Virus record (IMG/VR): IMGVR_UViG_3300020042_003067
Span: 1 to 24,741 of that record
Direction: 5' to 3' (one strand)
Length of the DNA: 24,741 bases
Origin: a virus
Taxonomy: Duplodnaviria > Caudoviricetes
The translations under genes and the position numbers were made by a program. This document shows, piece by piece, positions 24,704 through 24,741 of the stretch (position 1 is its first letter; each line of letters begins with the position of its first letter). Below the pieces are notes generated by a model. The model saw only the letters and a program-made list of their open reading frames with translations. It had not been told where the DNA came from and did not search any database.

Positions 24704-24741
24704 ATATGCCTTTGCTTTAAGATATTGAATATAATACAATA

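Noticed and set aside
1-24741. tRNA/rRNA genes, integrase, IS elements, stop-codon recoding
   Set aside because: None recognisable; genes tile normally with the standard code and use all three stop codons.

Overview
The window is a ~25 kb piece of a tailed dsDNA phage genome with podovirus/P22-like gene order. It resembles uncultured freshwater betaproteobacterial phages, but the host is inference only. 1-14949 (+) is a virion and lysis module: the end of a GT-A glycosyltransferase-like gene, a head-tail adaptor, tail fibre/LamG proteins, a fibre chaperone, a gp10-like stabilisation protein, a GNAT-like protein, four putative ejection proteins, a second fibre, holin-like proteins and a GH24 endolysin. 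14946-18653 (-) is an early/recombination operon: ERF-like annealing protein, YqaJ exonuclease, mini-SSB and many small ORFs including a lipoprotein. A divergent control region at ~18660-18820 leads to a rightward operon: Cro-like HTH, nuclease, glycosyltransferase, replication-initiator C-terminal domain, C5 DNA methyltransferase, UvsY-like and Ref-like proteins. An opposing SprT + metallophosphoesterase pair closes the window. The most notable signals are (1) a C5 methyltransferase whose motif IX lies in a nested +1-frame gene, with a G10 tract crossing both frames; (2) a dense cluster of different palindromes at 20144-20249; (3) a promoter-driven structured leader with G-runs before the glycosyltransferase; (4) a shared TTGC-N18 promoter/operator motif; (5) a candidate pseudoknot directly upstream of a start codon; and (6) an S74 autocleaving chaperone on a putative ejection protein. 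All family calls come from motif recognition by eye; no database searches were run.
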